Shown here: positions 1-11,001 of the stretch, in pieces
Layout: every line of letters begins with the position of its first letter
Numbering within the stretch: the first letter of the stretch is position 1
Assembly (NCBI GenBank): GCA_026025075.1
Contig: JAPEUI010000117.1
Location: 1-49,429 of the forward strand
Direction of reading: 5' to 3'
Length of the DNA: 49,429 nucleotides
Origin: Vezdaea acicularis
Taxonomy: Eukaryota
The notes under the pieces: model-generated
What the model saw: only the letters and a program-made list of their open reading frames with translations
What the model was told of the DNA's origin: nothing
Databases searched by the model: none
Translations under genes and position numbers: made by a program

Positions 1-2553
1 TCTGGTGCCAACAACAGATTATCAAGATGCCTGTCACCAACGCCAAGAAGGTAGGTGATTACGCAGTAACCCGCGCAGCTCTTGATGTATGTGTCCATAG
101 TCTCTCTCCTTACACCGAGTGGTGCATTATCATCTGGATTATTCACCCTCAGGTATGCCAGTGTACTCTTGCCATACTTCGCTGATACCGCTGACAGACT
201 CAAGGAACTAACGAACTGTACCGCTCCAGCCTCTGATCCCGTTGCGAGGATGCGGTAAGGCGAGAGCTTCAGATCAAGATTCTCTTTGCGTAGGAGCTTG
301 TCCATGAGTGTGATAATCTGAATGACTAGTTGATCTTGACGGAGATCATCGCCAGTCTTGAAAATCACAGGATATCTTCCCCCATCAGCAGTCTTGAATT
401 GGATGAGGAGCGGAAGGAGCGTGGACTTGAAAACGGTTGATTCCGCTGGATATACACCCACTATCGACACAGTCGGATCCAAGGGAAGCCGTAGAGGCGG
501 GCTGAAAGTAGTGAGCTCGTTCTTAGGGTCCCCAACAAACTCTTTCAGTTTCTCGATCTTCTTTTTTCGATCATCCCGCATGAACCTAATCTCTTTGGAA
601 AGCTTGGAGAGGACCGTGATTAGCTCTCCTCCGCGCAGTAGAGTCTTACGTTTTTCTTGTCCATCTGGCGAATTTGTCAATTCAACCATGAAGTCGTACT
701 CTACTCTTGCGAACAGTTTTCGATGTGCTTTTGTTTGGTTGGGGCTTTGATCATCGCACTCAACCATGAGGTACCAGTGGAAATAGTTTCCTAGTACCAT
801 ATTACTTGTTGCCCTCGAAATCAAGAATCGCGCCAGTGAGGAGTCATGCGTTGCGTCGACCCGAGCCTCGGGCGAGATCTTCTCAAACTTCAATGCCTGC
901 ACGAGCTGTAGAAGGTACAGAAGAAGCTCGTCATCATCGGCTTTCCTTAGTCGGTCGACTGCGAAGGCGCGGACAGCTTGGTTATCGAAGCTTGGTCCGA
1001 GAAGCTCTAGGGCATCATCGACATCAATTTCTGTCCACTTCGGTAGAATTTGAACAGCTTGGCGCACTTCTGCAGACTCCTGCCAAGCAATCGACTTGAC
1101 GAACTTCGTTAGAGCTCTCTTGTCTCGGGTTAGATGATGCCTGAATTTCCATACTAAATCCTTCTCGTCTTGACTGAGTTCATGTGTTGGCGAATATTGC
1201 ATGATTACGTTCAGCTCATCTCTTATCTTTGAATTTGGTTTTAGATCTCGGTCCAGGGCGTTCGTGCGTTGGTTCCTGACCAAGCGACGGTGCTTTGTCT
1301 CAGCTGGGTTGTCTTTCGCTCCAATTTCTGGGTCGAAGACGGTCATCAAACGAACATTAGCGTCCTTACTGTACCAGCCATTTCCGTTGCCTTCGATTCC
1401 AGGGCCAAATTGTACTTCAGGGGGAGGCCTTAGGGTGACTGTTGATGAGGAGGGTGATTGTTGTGTCAGTGATGATATTGGTGGCGCAGGATATTCATGG
1501 TCGGAAAAAACGATAGGAAAATCAAATCGAGGGAGATCTATGTATATATAGAACTTCTCCTTTGCTGAATCATCCTCTACGCCTGCTTCTTCTGACGGCC
1601 GGTTTTGATCCACCCCATTGTCATCGGTCCCATCGTTCTGACGCGTTGATATACTCGACTTCAAACTCCTATTCTTCAGGGATTTGACGGCAAGGCTTGA
1701 AGACTGCAAACTTCGCCTCTCTATTCCACGATAGACGAGCTGGTCCAGCCAGTCTATCCTCGGTATTTCGCCGAGCTCTTGCTTCTTAAGGAGTGCTTCG
1801 ATTCTCTCCATCTCGTCTGCTTCTACCTCTGCTTCGTGAAATTTTCCATTGTTTGTTGTTTCGCTATGACGTGAAGCAAGCGGGATAGCCGGCGTCGAAG
1901 ATGAAGAAAATCCATCTGCGGCTACATGTCTGTGCAGCTGGCACTTCTGTCGACCTTTTTCGAGCGTGTTGTCTTTATCGAACAAGGAAAACGTCGTACC
2001 ACCGAAGGGGGTTGCATGTCGTGTATTTGCGGTTGGTGAGAGGTCCCATACCGTTATAGCAAGCTGGGACGAGAGTGGAAGGGTTCGATAATTTATGGGA
2101 AGAGTTAACCATTCATTCCAACTGAAGACGAAATCTTTATTAGGATTCGCTCTAAATAGTTATATAGGGCATGTGATAGACTTGCGTCCTGCTAGTTTTG
2201 AAAGGCTTGTAAGCAGTTTGGACAGGCACCGTGAGGGGCTTCGAGTCTGCCCATAGCTGTACAGTGACATAAAGCTCGGATGTTGGACTTGTACGTAATT
2301 AAGTTAGCTATACCTGGAATAGAAAGCAAGCATACAGAACGTTACCTTGAGTTTGAGCCGATATATTTGAGGTCCGGCCTCCTCAATAAGGTGCTCGCCG
2401 GTATTGCAGTCTGCTGCCCGTCCAAGCTCCCGCTTCGCCATATATCAGCTTTCTGCTAGCTTTCATTACTGGGTTGAGAGACGGATACACACACATTCTC
2501 ACGCTGACGGGAAGCTCCAAGTCAGTCGAGCTAGCAAAAGAGAATGGCTCCAT
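1..2553 (-). CDS. VPS34: Class III phosphatidylinositol 3-kinase Vps34 (3' end runs off the left edge)
   Basis: ATG at 2553 (MEPFSFASSTDLELPVSVRI). Introns 2494-2433, 2345-2288 and 2185-2122 (GC-AG). C2-domain segment LYVTVQLWADSKPL..WNEWLTLP, then FHWYLMVE, FKTGDDLRQDQL and catalytic YLLGVGDRHLDN near base 20-50. Confidence 0.96.
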
Positions 2554-2685
2554 GCTTAAAGTCGCGCTCTAAAAGTTGAAGACTTTCACAACTGCACCGG
2601 CCCAAATTGGTTGACGCCAAGATAGATCTGCCATGCGATGTGGCGTCTCTCGGCTACCGTAGACTAACTTTAGCGCAGGTTCAAT

Positions 2686-2777
2686 TCGACGCGTCGAGTC
2701 AAGTCGCCGCTCGCATCTCAATTGACGTCGACAACCTCAATCTCGAGTGGTCAAGAGGTTTCCTAGGTCCGACGCGT
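2686..2777. promoter_or_regulatory. Two MCB (ACGCGT) boxes in the VPS34/NSE4 divergent promoter
   Basis: ACGCGT at 2689-2694, inside the 12-bp palindrome TCGACGCGTCGA, and again at 2772-2777. MBF sites are typical upstream of DNA replication/repair genes such as SMC5/6 subunits. Confidence 0.5.
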
Positions 2778-2997
2778 CCACCGGCTGTTTCAAACGGTGA
2801 GACAGCAGACTGCGTGGTGCAGAAGCCCTGAGAGATATCTCCCCTGTATCCATATACCCGTCTCTTCAGCCTTGCTGCCTCGCCGCCGCCTCATCGCCGC
2901 CTCATTTGCCTTGTTTAAACGCTCAATCCCCACGCTCAAAGTCGGAAACACCCCTAAACAAGATACATCACCTAGAACATTTCTCTTCGCTTCAATC

Positions 2998-4540
2998 ATG
3001 GCGCGGAGCAATCACGATGCTCCGTCAGATGTCCACGAGTCCTCAGAGGACGACCTCTACCACGACTCCCCTCCGCCCCAACGCGCGAACCGTCCGTTGA
3101 CCAGGAACACCATCTCAGGTTCCCTTTCCCCTTCTCCCGCCGTCTCCATCTCGTCCGACAAAGAAAACCGCGCTGCTCGAGCTCAACCAAATCGAGAAAG
3201 CAAAGGCAAGGGCAAGATGTCCTCAATGGCCCCTCCCCCAGAACCCAGCTCCAAACGGCGTAAACTCGGCCCCCCCTCCTCAAGCCAAGCCGCCCATAGG
3301 CTTGCACTCATCGAAGCGGCCGACAGCGAATTCTACGACCCCGATCAAGATGCGGAGGAGCGCCGGCGCGTGCGCAAAGGCCTCCGAGACCTGACCCGCG
3401 ACCTGACAGAGTCCGGCTCTGAATTCCTCAAACCCGACTCACGCGGCCTCACAGAGACCATCCACCGAGCGAACGACCTCTTCCAAGAAGTGAAGCAAAC
3501 CTCGGACGCAACCCTCGACTCCCGTCTCCTCCTCACAACCGCCGACCTCTCCTACAAGCGGACCGCCGCCATGACCCTCGGCGACGTAGATGCCGGCGTC
3601 GACGTCGACGAATTCGTCAGTAAATGCCTAACCTTCATGCGCTCCGCCAACGCCGCAGGCCTCGCCCCCCACCCCTCCTCCTCCTCCCAGCGACACCACC
3701 AAACCCAACGCCCCCACCGACCCGTCAACCTCTCCGACAACGAAGACGCAGCCGACCTCGACGACGCGCTCGACTGGTCTTACCTCGGCCGGCACGCCGC
3801 CTTTCCCTCCAACCACCGCCCCCCCGTCCCCGCCTTCCTCCTCGGCCCCCTCTCCCTCCAGAAACGCGCCCGCCTCCCCCGGACCCAGCACGCCCGCCTT
3901 CCCCGCCGCGACCCCAACGACCTCATCCACCCCGCCGAGCTCCGCGCCGAGGACCTCGAGCAGTCCTCTGCCGCAAACCTCACCACCCTCTGCACCCACA
4001 TCCGCGAAACGCTCATCCGCGTCCAAGCCGACGGCGAAGCCCGCGTCGAAGCAGAAGCGCACGAAGGCATGACGGAACCCGAGTTGCGCGCCCTCGCAAA
4101 GCGCCATCACGTCCGCGACGACGGCGGCGTCGGCTTCTTCCACTTCGTCCTCAATCCCCTCAGTTTCGCCCAGTCCGTCGAGAATCTCTTCTACGTCTCC
4201 TTCCTGCTGCGCGAGGGCAGCGTCGCCATTAATCAGGATGCAGAGGGCTTTCCTACTTTACGTAAGTCTTCTTTTCCTCCCCCCTCCCACTCACAACTGG
4301 TCCCCCGAAAAAGGGGGAAACGCGAATATAGACATGGTTAGCTGATCAATTGTATTAGACGCCTCCTCCCGCCGCAGCCTCGCCGATATCAAGGAACAGG
4401 GCGTCCAGAAGTATCAGGCTGTCTTCAACCTCGACTACGCCATGTGGCGCGACCTCATCGACGCCTTTGATATCGAGATGGGGCTTATCCCGCACCGCGA
4501 CGAGGAGGTGCTGGGCGAGGGGCGCGCTTGGTATGGATAG
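2998..4540 (+). CDS. NSE4: Smc5/6 complex kleisin subunit Nse4
   Basis: ATG 2998. Intron 4262-4358 (GTAAGT..GCTGAT..TAG). About 481 aa. Motifs YDPDQDAEERRRVR, VKQTSDATLDSRLL, FLLGPLS and FVLNPLSFAQSVENLFYVSFLLREG (Nse4_C). Confidence 0.93.
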
Positions 4541-5412
4541 TTCTTTTTTCGTTCCCTGCACGGAAGCTTGGAAGGGAGAAGGGGGAGAAAGGAGGTGGGG
4601 TGTTTGAGGCAGGAAAAAGGGGGTAATGACTCATGGCTGTTCATGATGTATAGAGTATTTTCCTGAGTCTATTTTCCTCGTTGTATAGCTTGTTCACTTC
4701 CCCTATTACGCTTGATTCACAGTCTCATGGTATCATCGTCAGCGGCGGCGTTATGGGGGGGCAAAAAGCGAAAAAAGAGCTGGCTACGTCAATGCATCTT
4801 TCGGGTTTGCATCTCGCCAAAGACTTCACATGGGAGCGAAGTTGGGACTAGGGTTTTGCTATCGAGTTGCGCGATCGATGGTAGCATCTTGCATAGAACT
4901 TCAGACGAGCACGAGCAATGAAAATGTGTCAAGAGCGTCGTGGGTTGTTGCATGCATGGTGTTATAAATCTATATACAGCTGATTGAGACACGAAAGCAA
5001 GCCGACGGAGCTTCCCACGGCCAGGTGTGCAAAGAAAGGTGTGAGATGCCTCCCCGAACTTATTTACAGAACGCTTAATTCGGGGATTGTGGCAGACGCT
5101 TTTTATGTTTGTTCGTAATAAGGTGGGCTATGCTTTGGGTTTTTTTCTGGCCGGTGAGCAGACACAAAACGCTCAGCACTTGAACGCTTGTGCGTGCTCG
5201 GAATATGCGAGAGAGAAGTTTTTGCAAGAAGGAGAGAGAGGAGCCATGCCGATATGTAAATGGATAGAGACGCTCGCCAAAAGATGCTGGATGCAGGATG
5301 CTGGGTGGTAGAGATGGGATTGAGGATTTAGTGGAGCTTCGTGGATGATGCCAGAGGTGAAGCCGGGAAATAGGTGGCAAGGCTAGACGTGGGTGATGGG
5401 AGAGAATAGTGA

Positions 5413-6599
5413 CTATTTCGGATCTCCGATGTGGCGCTCCTCTTCCGGCTTCCAGGTGCCTAAAGGAAATCAGCATTCATCTACAATCATCACAAGCCCT
5501 CTAGTCACCCACCCTCAAAGTCATGCTTCACGCACGCTGAAGGATGATCCGGCTCCTCACTTCCCATCTGGCCGACTCCAGGGCTGAACCCCGTAATCGG
5601 TAGCACCACCACATCGCCTATCTGCTTCGGATTCTTCATGCCTGTAAATCGCTCGTATGTGATGTTTCCCTTTCCGGTCTTCATGTCAAAGTACCGCTCA
5701 TCGTCGAAGTACTTGAACAGGATGTCCGTCCACAAAGCCGGGCCTGTAAACTCGACAATCCCTTTCTGGTCTTTCTTTAATGTGCCAGTCTTCTTACGCT
5801 TTAACGTCTCCTTGGTGATCGCTGCCACAATCTCCCGCAGGACGGGGTGGCCGGCTTTGGCTTGGATCGTCCATTGGCAGAACTGGATCCGTCGTGAATA
5901 CCACTGCGCCCAATCTTCGCGGTCCGGGTCAGCCTCGATACCGATGACGAGGCCGAAAGTAGAGCGATTGACCCACTCCGGCACCCATTCGACGGCCGAC
6001 TTGATGGCATAGGTATCAATGTCGGTGTATATTCCCCCACGGGCGAGGAGAATGAGGTAGCGGAAGAAGTCCGCCTTGAGAATCGGGAGTGGTAGAGCAT
6101 TGTAGGCGTCCACTACATCGGGTAGGGTGGAGTATAGGTAGCGGATGAGGTGGGCGGCGACGGCGTCGGTGATGACTTCATGAATGAACGTCGGGTGTTT
6201 CTCCGTCCAGCTTGCTTCTGCTTCGCGGAACTTGTCACTGAAGTCACCCGAGGCTGGCGTGTATTTCCAGGTCTGCCAGATGTAGGCGGGGAACTTCTCC
6301 TCGATGGCATACGGAAATTGGTATGCAAGTTTCTCCTGAAGGGTTTTGCCCACGGGCTTGCCCAGCGCCTGTTGTCCTCCCGGATTACTCTTCTGCCCTC
6401 CGCTCGCCAGCCTTGATGCAGAGTACTTTGCATCCGCATATCCTGTCGTCTGGCCTTTCGTTGCTGTGTCTGCCTCATGAAAGACCCGATCTCTCGTCGG
6501 TATTGGCTGTACGGATTCTGTAGATCCTGAGGACCGGAGGAAGTAGAGGGCGGTGAGTACAAATGCAGCTATTATCAAGGCTCGCCGAAAGGACAGCAT
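5413..6599 (-). CDS. OCH1: Initiating alpha-1,6-mannosyltransferase (GT32)
   Basis: N-terminal type II TM anchor; FPAYIWQTWK, KADFFRYLILLARGGIYTDID (DxD), IGIEADPDREDW..YSRRIQFCQWTI. Intron 5512-5460 gives C-terminus KHDFEGTWKPEEERHIGDPK*. About 377 aa. Confidence 0.92.
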
Positions 6600-7187
6600 T
6601 GTGTGAGAAGTGCGAGGAGGGGAGGACGAGGAGAGAAGGCGGAGGGCGAGGTGCAGACGAAGAGGAAGCGAAGGCTCCGCCGCGGAGCTCGAATTACTTC
6701 TTGAGCCAGCAGAGGGTCGTATTCTCTATATGCAATGCCTCTATTCGCTCACTGATTACTCGGACGCTGAACTGGGTTGCTCTCGGACTTCCTGCGCCAC
6801 TCTAAACGGGGTGTAGTGCCTTCCCAAGTGCTGTAGATCGCCGTGCTCGTTTCCTGAAATAGGATATGTCGTATGCGGCCGATCTGCTTGTGAAGTCGTA
6901 ACGGCCAGCGAACGATGACAAGGACAAAGCCGCCGACACACGCAGGCAGTGTTGTCGGTAGGCCAATGGGGGTTTGATCGGTGCAGCGGTGGGTCAGATG
7001 TCGCTGAGGAAAGGAAAAAAGGGCGTCTGGGCAGGTTTATGGACGACGAGGGAGCCGCGCAGGTCGAGTCCGCTCACCACGAGCCACTATCTTCCAGCGA
7101 CAGAGGCGTGCAGCAGCGCAGGCAGACGGAGGGTGCAGGAGGGAGAAAGTGTAGATAGTCGGTGGCCTGCGTGCTGGCTGATGGTCG

Positions 7188-7217
7188 TGCTGCTGCTGCT
7201 GCTGCTGCTGCTGCTGC
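7188..7217. repeat. (TGC)10 / (CAG) microsatellite
   Basis: Ten perfect trinucleotide units read directly from the sequence. Confidence 0.95.
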
Positions 7218-8948
7218 ATGTAGGGTTAGGTCTGAGTGCTACCAGGTGACGGGGGGCTTGGCATGATATTTTTTGGGGCCGCGCCACGGAAGCCCCCCGT
7301 CGGCCTCTTTTTCTCGGCCGTCTCGCCCGTCTCGCCCGTCTTTCTCACTCTCCACGCTCTCTCGTCGCTCGTCGCTCGTTCGCTCGTCTCAGGCTGAAAA
7401 CGACGCAGCGAAACGCAACTCTGATGCAGCGCGCTAGGCAGGACCCGGCTAGGCCCCTCCGGCGCGTATCCGCCGTCTGTCACCTCCCTCTCACCCATTC
7501 TCTCTCCCTCACTCCCTCTCCCACCACTCACCGCGCCCGCGCTTGGCTCCCCACAGGCCCGAGCACGAGCTGCGACCAGGGGCCCCCCCGCCAGGCCTCG
7601 CCCGCGCCCGCTGCACCTGAAACATGCTGCGTCTGCACCTGGACGAATCCCCTCCTCGCTACGGCTCCGGCGCTGCCTCCACATGCTCTGGCGTATCATT
7701 CGGGACGATTTCAAGATGGTCAGCGACGCCCGTCATTGGTGCCGTCGCAGCTGCCGCAGATGCACGACAAAGAACGTGCTGCTTTGCAGACGCTGGATAC
7801 ATCGAGCAGGATATCGCCATCCTCATCGACGTCGACGTTATCAGCGACGTTGCAGGGTGGTGATGCGGCAGCGGGCGGCTTACGTTTGAACTCATCACCA
7901 TACCCATGGGCAGTGACCACTATGAGGTATAGGTACAAACTCTACGTCAGATTCACATTCGAATACATCTAGCTTTTCGTTATGCAATGTATCGCGGTCG
8001 TGAGGCCCTCCAAGGCTCGTGACGCCAGCCTCTACAGTCGATGCATGAACGCCGTCTCCCATCTCCTTGCCTCCTCCAAGCCTTGTACCCCACCTCCCAC
8101 GTCCACTGAGTAGAACACTCCCCCCACGCTCCGATACTTTGACAAACAGCTACACTGCAACCCCTACCCTGTGCAAGACCGCCTTCGCGGAAACTCTACG
8201 CTGTAGACCAAGGTACGATCGGCGAGAAAGACCCTCGACATCGCGCAAACATGAGCTGGGATACGAGGTGGCCGACCTCAACATCGGGCCTCGCGAAGCG
8301 CATCCCACGAGCCACAGCGTCCTCCTGCTTTGCACGCGAACGTCAATCTTTCCAACCGGTCCTGACAGATCGTCGTTTCATCTCGTACTTGCAAGGAAGT
8401 ATCATACATCTCACACGTCGCTTCTTCTTAAACTTCGACCGCGCTTACGTGGCGGGATGCGACGGAGTTCCCGCACGGTGTTGGGAAGTCGGATTGTTTA
8501 CAGATCCTTGCCCCGCTCTCCCCTCGCAATTAGACCGGATAAAGCCCGACGTCAACCCTTCAGATGCTGAGGTTGGCACTTTCTTCAGCATCCTCCGCAT
8601 CCTGAGACCCTTGAAGAAATCTGCTGGATTGGAAAATCCGGATCGCCTCGCCGTCTGTGCGTGCTGGCTGACGACCGCATTCTTTTTTGCGCGTCGCTTC
8701 GGAATGCCTGCAGAAGGCGTGCTTTTGCCCACGGCCTCGGCACGTGGGTCAAGAGAGACGCGTGGAATAGATCCTCAAGCCTCATAGATATTGCCCCTTG
8801 GGCGCTGCTTATCTTAGCCCTTGCGCTTTGACCACCTAAAATAAAACCCGTACTGGTCGGCGACCCGCAAGCCAATTGAAGATGCTTCAATCCGACGGCT
8901 CTTTCCATCCGAGGTCGAGAGGTCCACCTTCCCCAACCTCGATGACTT

Positions 8949-10280
8949 TTAGATGACAGCACTTGCGTACTCCTTGTTGAATGCCCTCCCAATGACAATT
9001 CTTCGAATCTCGCTAGTCCCCGCGCCAATCTCGTACAGCTTCGCATCTCTCAAGAGGCGTCCCGCAGGAATCTCGTTGACGTATCCATTTCCGCCTAGAA
9101 GTTGAATGGCGTCAAGGCTGCACTCTGTGGCTCTTTCGGCTGCGTATAAAATAGCCCCTGCGCAGTCTTGCGTTCGAATCATTCCCTCATCGTCTATGCT
9201 TCTCGCTACCGCATAAGTGTAGCTCCTGGATACTTGAAGCTTCGTATACATATCTGCCAGCTTCCCCTGCACAAGTTGGTTGTGGGCTATCGGGCTCCCG
9301 AACTGTTTCCTTTGATGAGTGTAGGGGAGTACAATATCCATAGCGGCTTGCATGATGCCGAGTGGACCAGCGCTGAGAACCAGCCTTTCGATATCGAGCC
9401 CTTCCATCAGGACACGGACGCCCCGATTGACTTCTCCCAGGATGTTTTCCGTCGGTACGAAAACATTGTCAAAAATGAGTTCTCCTGTGTTGGAGCCTCG
9501 CATACCAAGCTTGTCCAACTTACGAGCGCAAGAAAACCCCTCAAATGTCTTTTCGACAATAAAAGCAGTGATACCTTTTGAACCTTGATCCGGCTGTGTC
9601 TTTGCATACACGACAACGTAGTCTGCATCAGGCCCGTTCGTGATCCACATCTTAGTGCCATTCAAGACATATCCACCATCAACCGCTTTCGCAGTCGACT
9701 TCATGCTTACGACATCGGATCCAGCAGCATGCTCAGACATAGCGAGAGCTCCGATCTTGGTCCCAGATATAAGCCCAGGCAGCAGCTTCTGTTTTTGATC
9801 CGGGGTGCCGTTCAATGAGAGTTGGTTGATACATAATTGGGAGTGTGCGGCGTAGGACAGGCCGATGCTGCCAGACGCTCGACTCAGCTCTTCCATGATC
9901 GTTACATGTGCTTGATAACCCATTGCCAGCCCGCCATACTCTTCATCCGCTGTGACCCCGAGGAAACCGGCTTCCCCCATCTTAGGCCACAAAGCCATGG
10001 GAAAGGCATTCTCCTTGTCGGTGCGAGCGGCAACTGCTTCGGGGATTTCTCGCCCTAAACATACCGTCAGCTTTTCAGCACTGTAGTTTTAGCATCTGTG
10101 AGCTTAACTGGTAAACTCTTGGACGCTTTCTCGTAGCTCGACAAGGTCCGCGCTTGTTGGAGGTACAAAGCCCTTTGGGTGCTTCGTGGACGCCCAACGA
10201 CGGAGCTGTAGTTGAGTGCTACATCTGGAGGCGTGCCGTACGGCCAACTTGCATGTTGATAGCACTGAAACATTCACCAT
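8949..10280 (-). CDS. ivdA: Mitochondrial isovaleryl-CoA dehydrogenase
   Basis: ATG 10280 with an Arg-rich presequence (..[13 protein letters not shown]). Intron 10108-10055. About 425 aa. [52 protein letters not shown] carries the IVD-type catalytic Glu. Confidence 0.94.
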
Positions 10281-11001
10281 TGTTTTTCTTTACTCTTATA
10301 TTGCTTGCAAGGTAATTAACTCGGATGAAAGATTCTCGGGAAATGCCATCTTGGGCGTGCATTCGAACCTGAATCATTACGAACGAGAAAGGCCGAGGAT
10401 AAGCGAAGATGACGAGGGAACAAGGAAGTCAGACGGCCTCTCCGCATTACGTTCCCCGCATGATTTTCATAAAACTGCAATGGTAGCTGATTACTAGAAA
10501 ATTCCGAATTATCGATGGCCATTTTTATTATTCAATCGTTGCAAGACTGTAGGATTCTGTCATTTTGCTAAATTTTTCTGGTGTTTGGCCCGCGCGTATT
10601 GATCTAGCACATTTTGAGCATGAGACAAGGTTGGCAGCCCGTCATGCTGTCTTGTCTATAGCCCACCCACGATTTATATACCACGTATATTCAGTATACT
10701 TACAATGCATGGGATTCTAGCTATGTCTCGATGTCCGATCGATGTCGGTTATTATAGTTTACGCCTGTGCCTTCCAATACTGGATTCCATGCTCTAAATA
10801 GGTTTGGACCTGTTCCATTGCTTACCACGTCTGTCTCGCGCAAGGCAAGCTCTTAAGGCTCTCAAGCCATCAAATATAAGCACCTTCTCTCGACTTCTGA
10901 TTAAACCCTGGGGACCAATTTGGGCCCCTTTATGATGATGCCTGTACCTCGAGTTCACTACGTACTTTAGTTGGCGAGCTTTCCAAGTATGCGTGCGCTC
11001 T

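Noticed and set aside
2797..2997. 67-codon N-terminal extension of NSE4 from GTG 2797
   Set aside because: No ATG; the sequence looks like promoter/leader DNA; ATG 2998 has good context (aatcATGg).
3552..4232. Long antisense and alternate-frame ORFs over NSE4
   Set aside because: By-products of the extreme third-position C bias; low-complexity Pro/Arg or Gly/Val/Glu translations.
4626..4634. Perfect Gcn4/AP-1 site ATGACTCAT
   Set aside because: Lies between two convergent 3' ends, not in a promoter.
7720..7938. VDEDGDILLDVSS resembling the start of a fungal BTB domain
   Set aside because: The match is too short, with no continuation or ATG.
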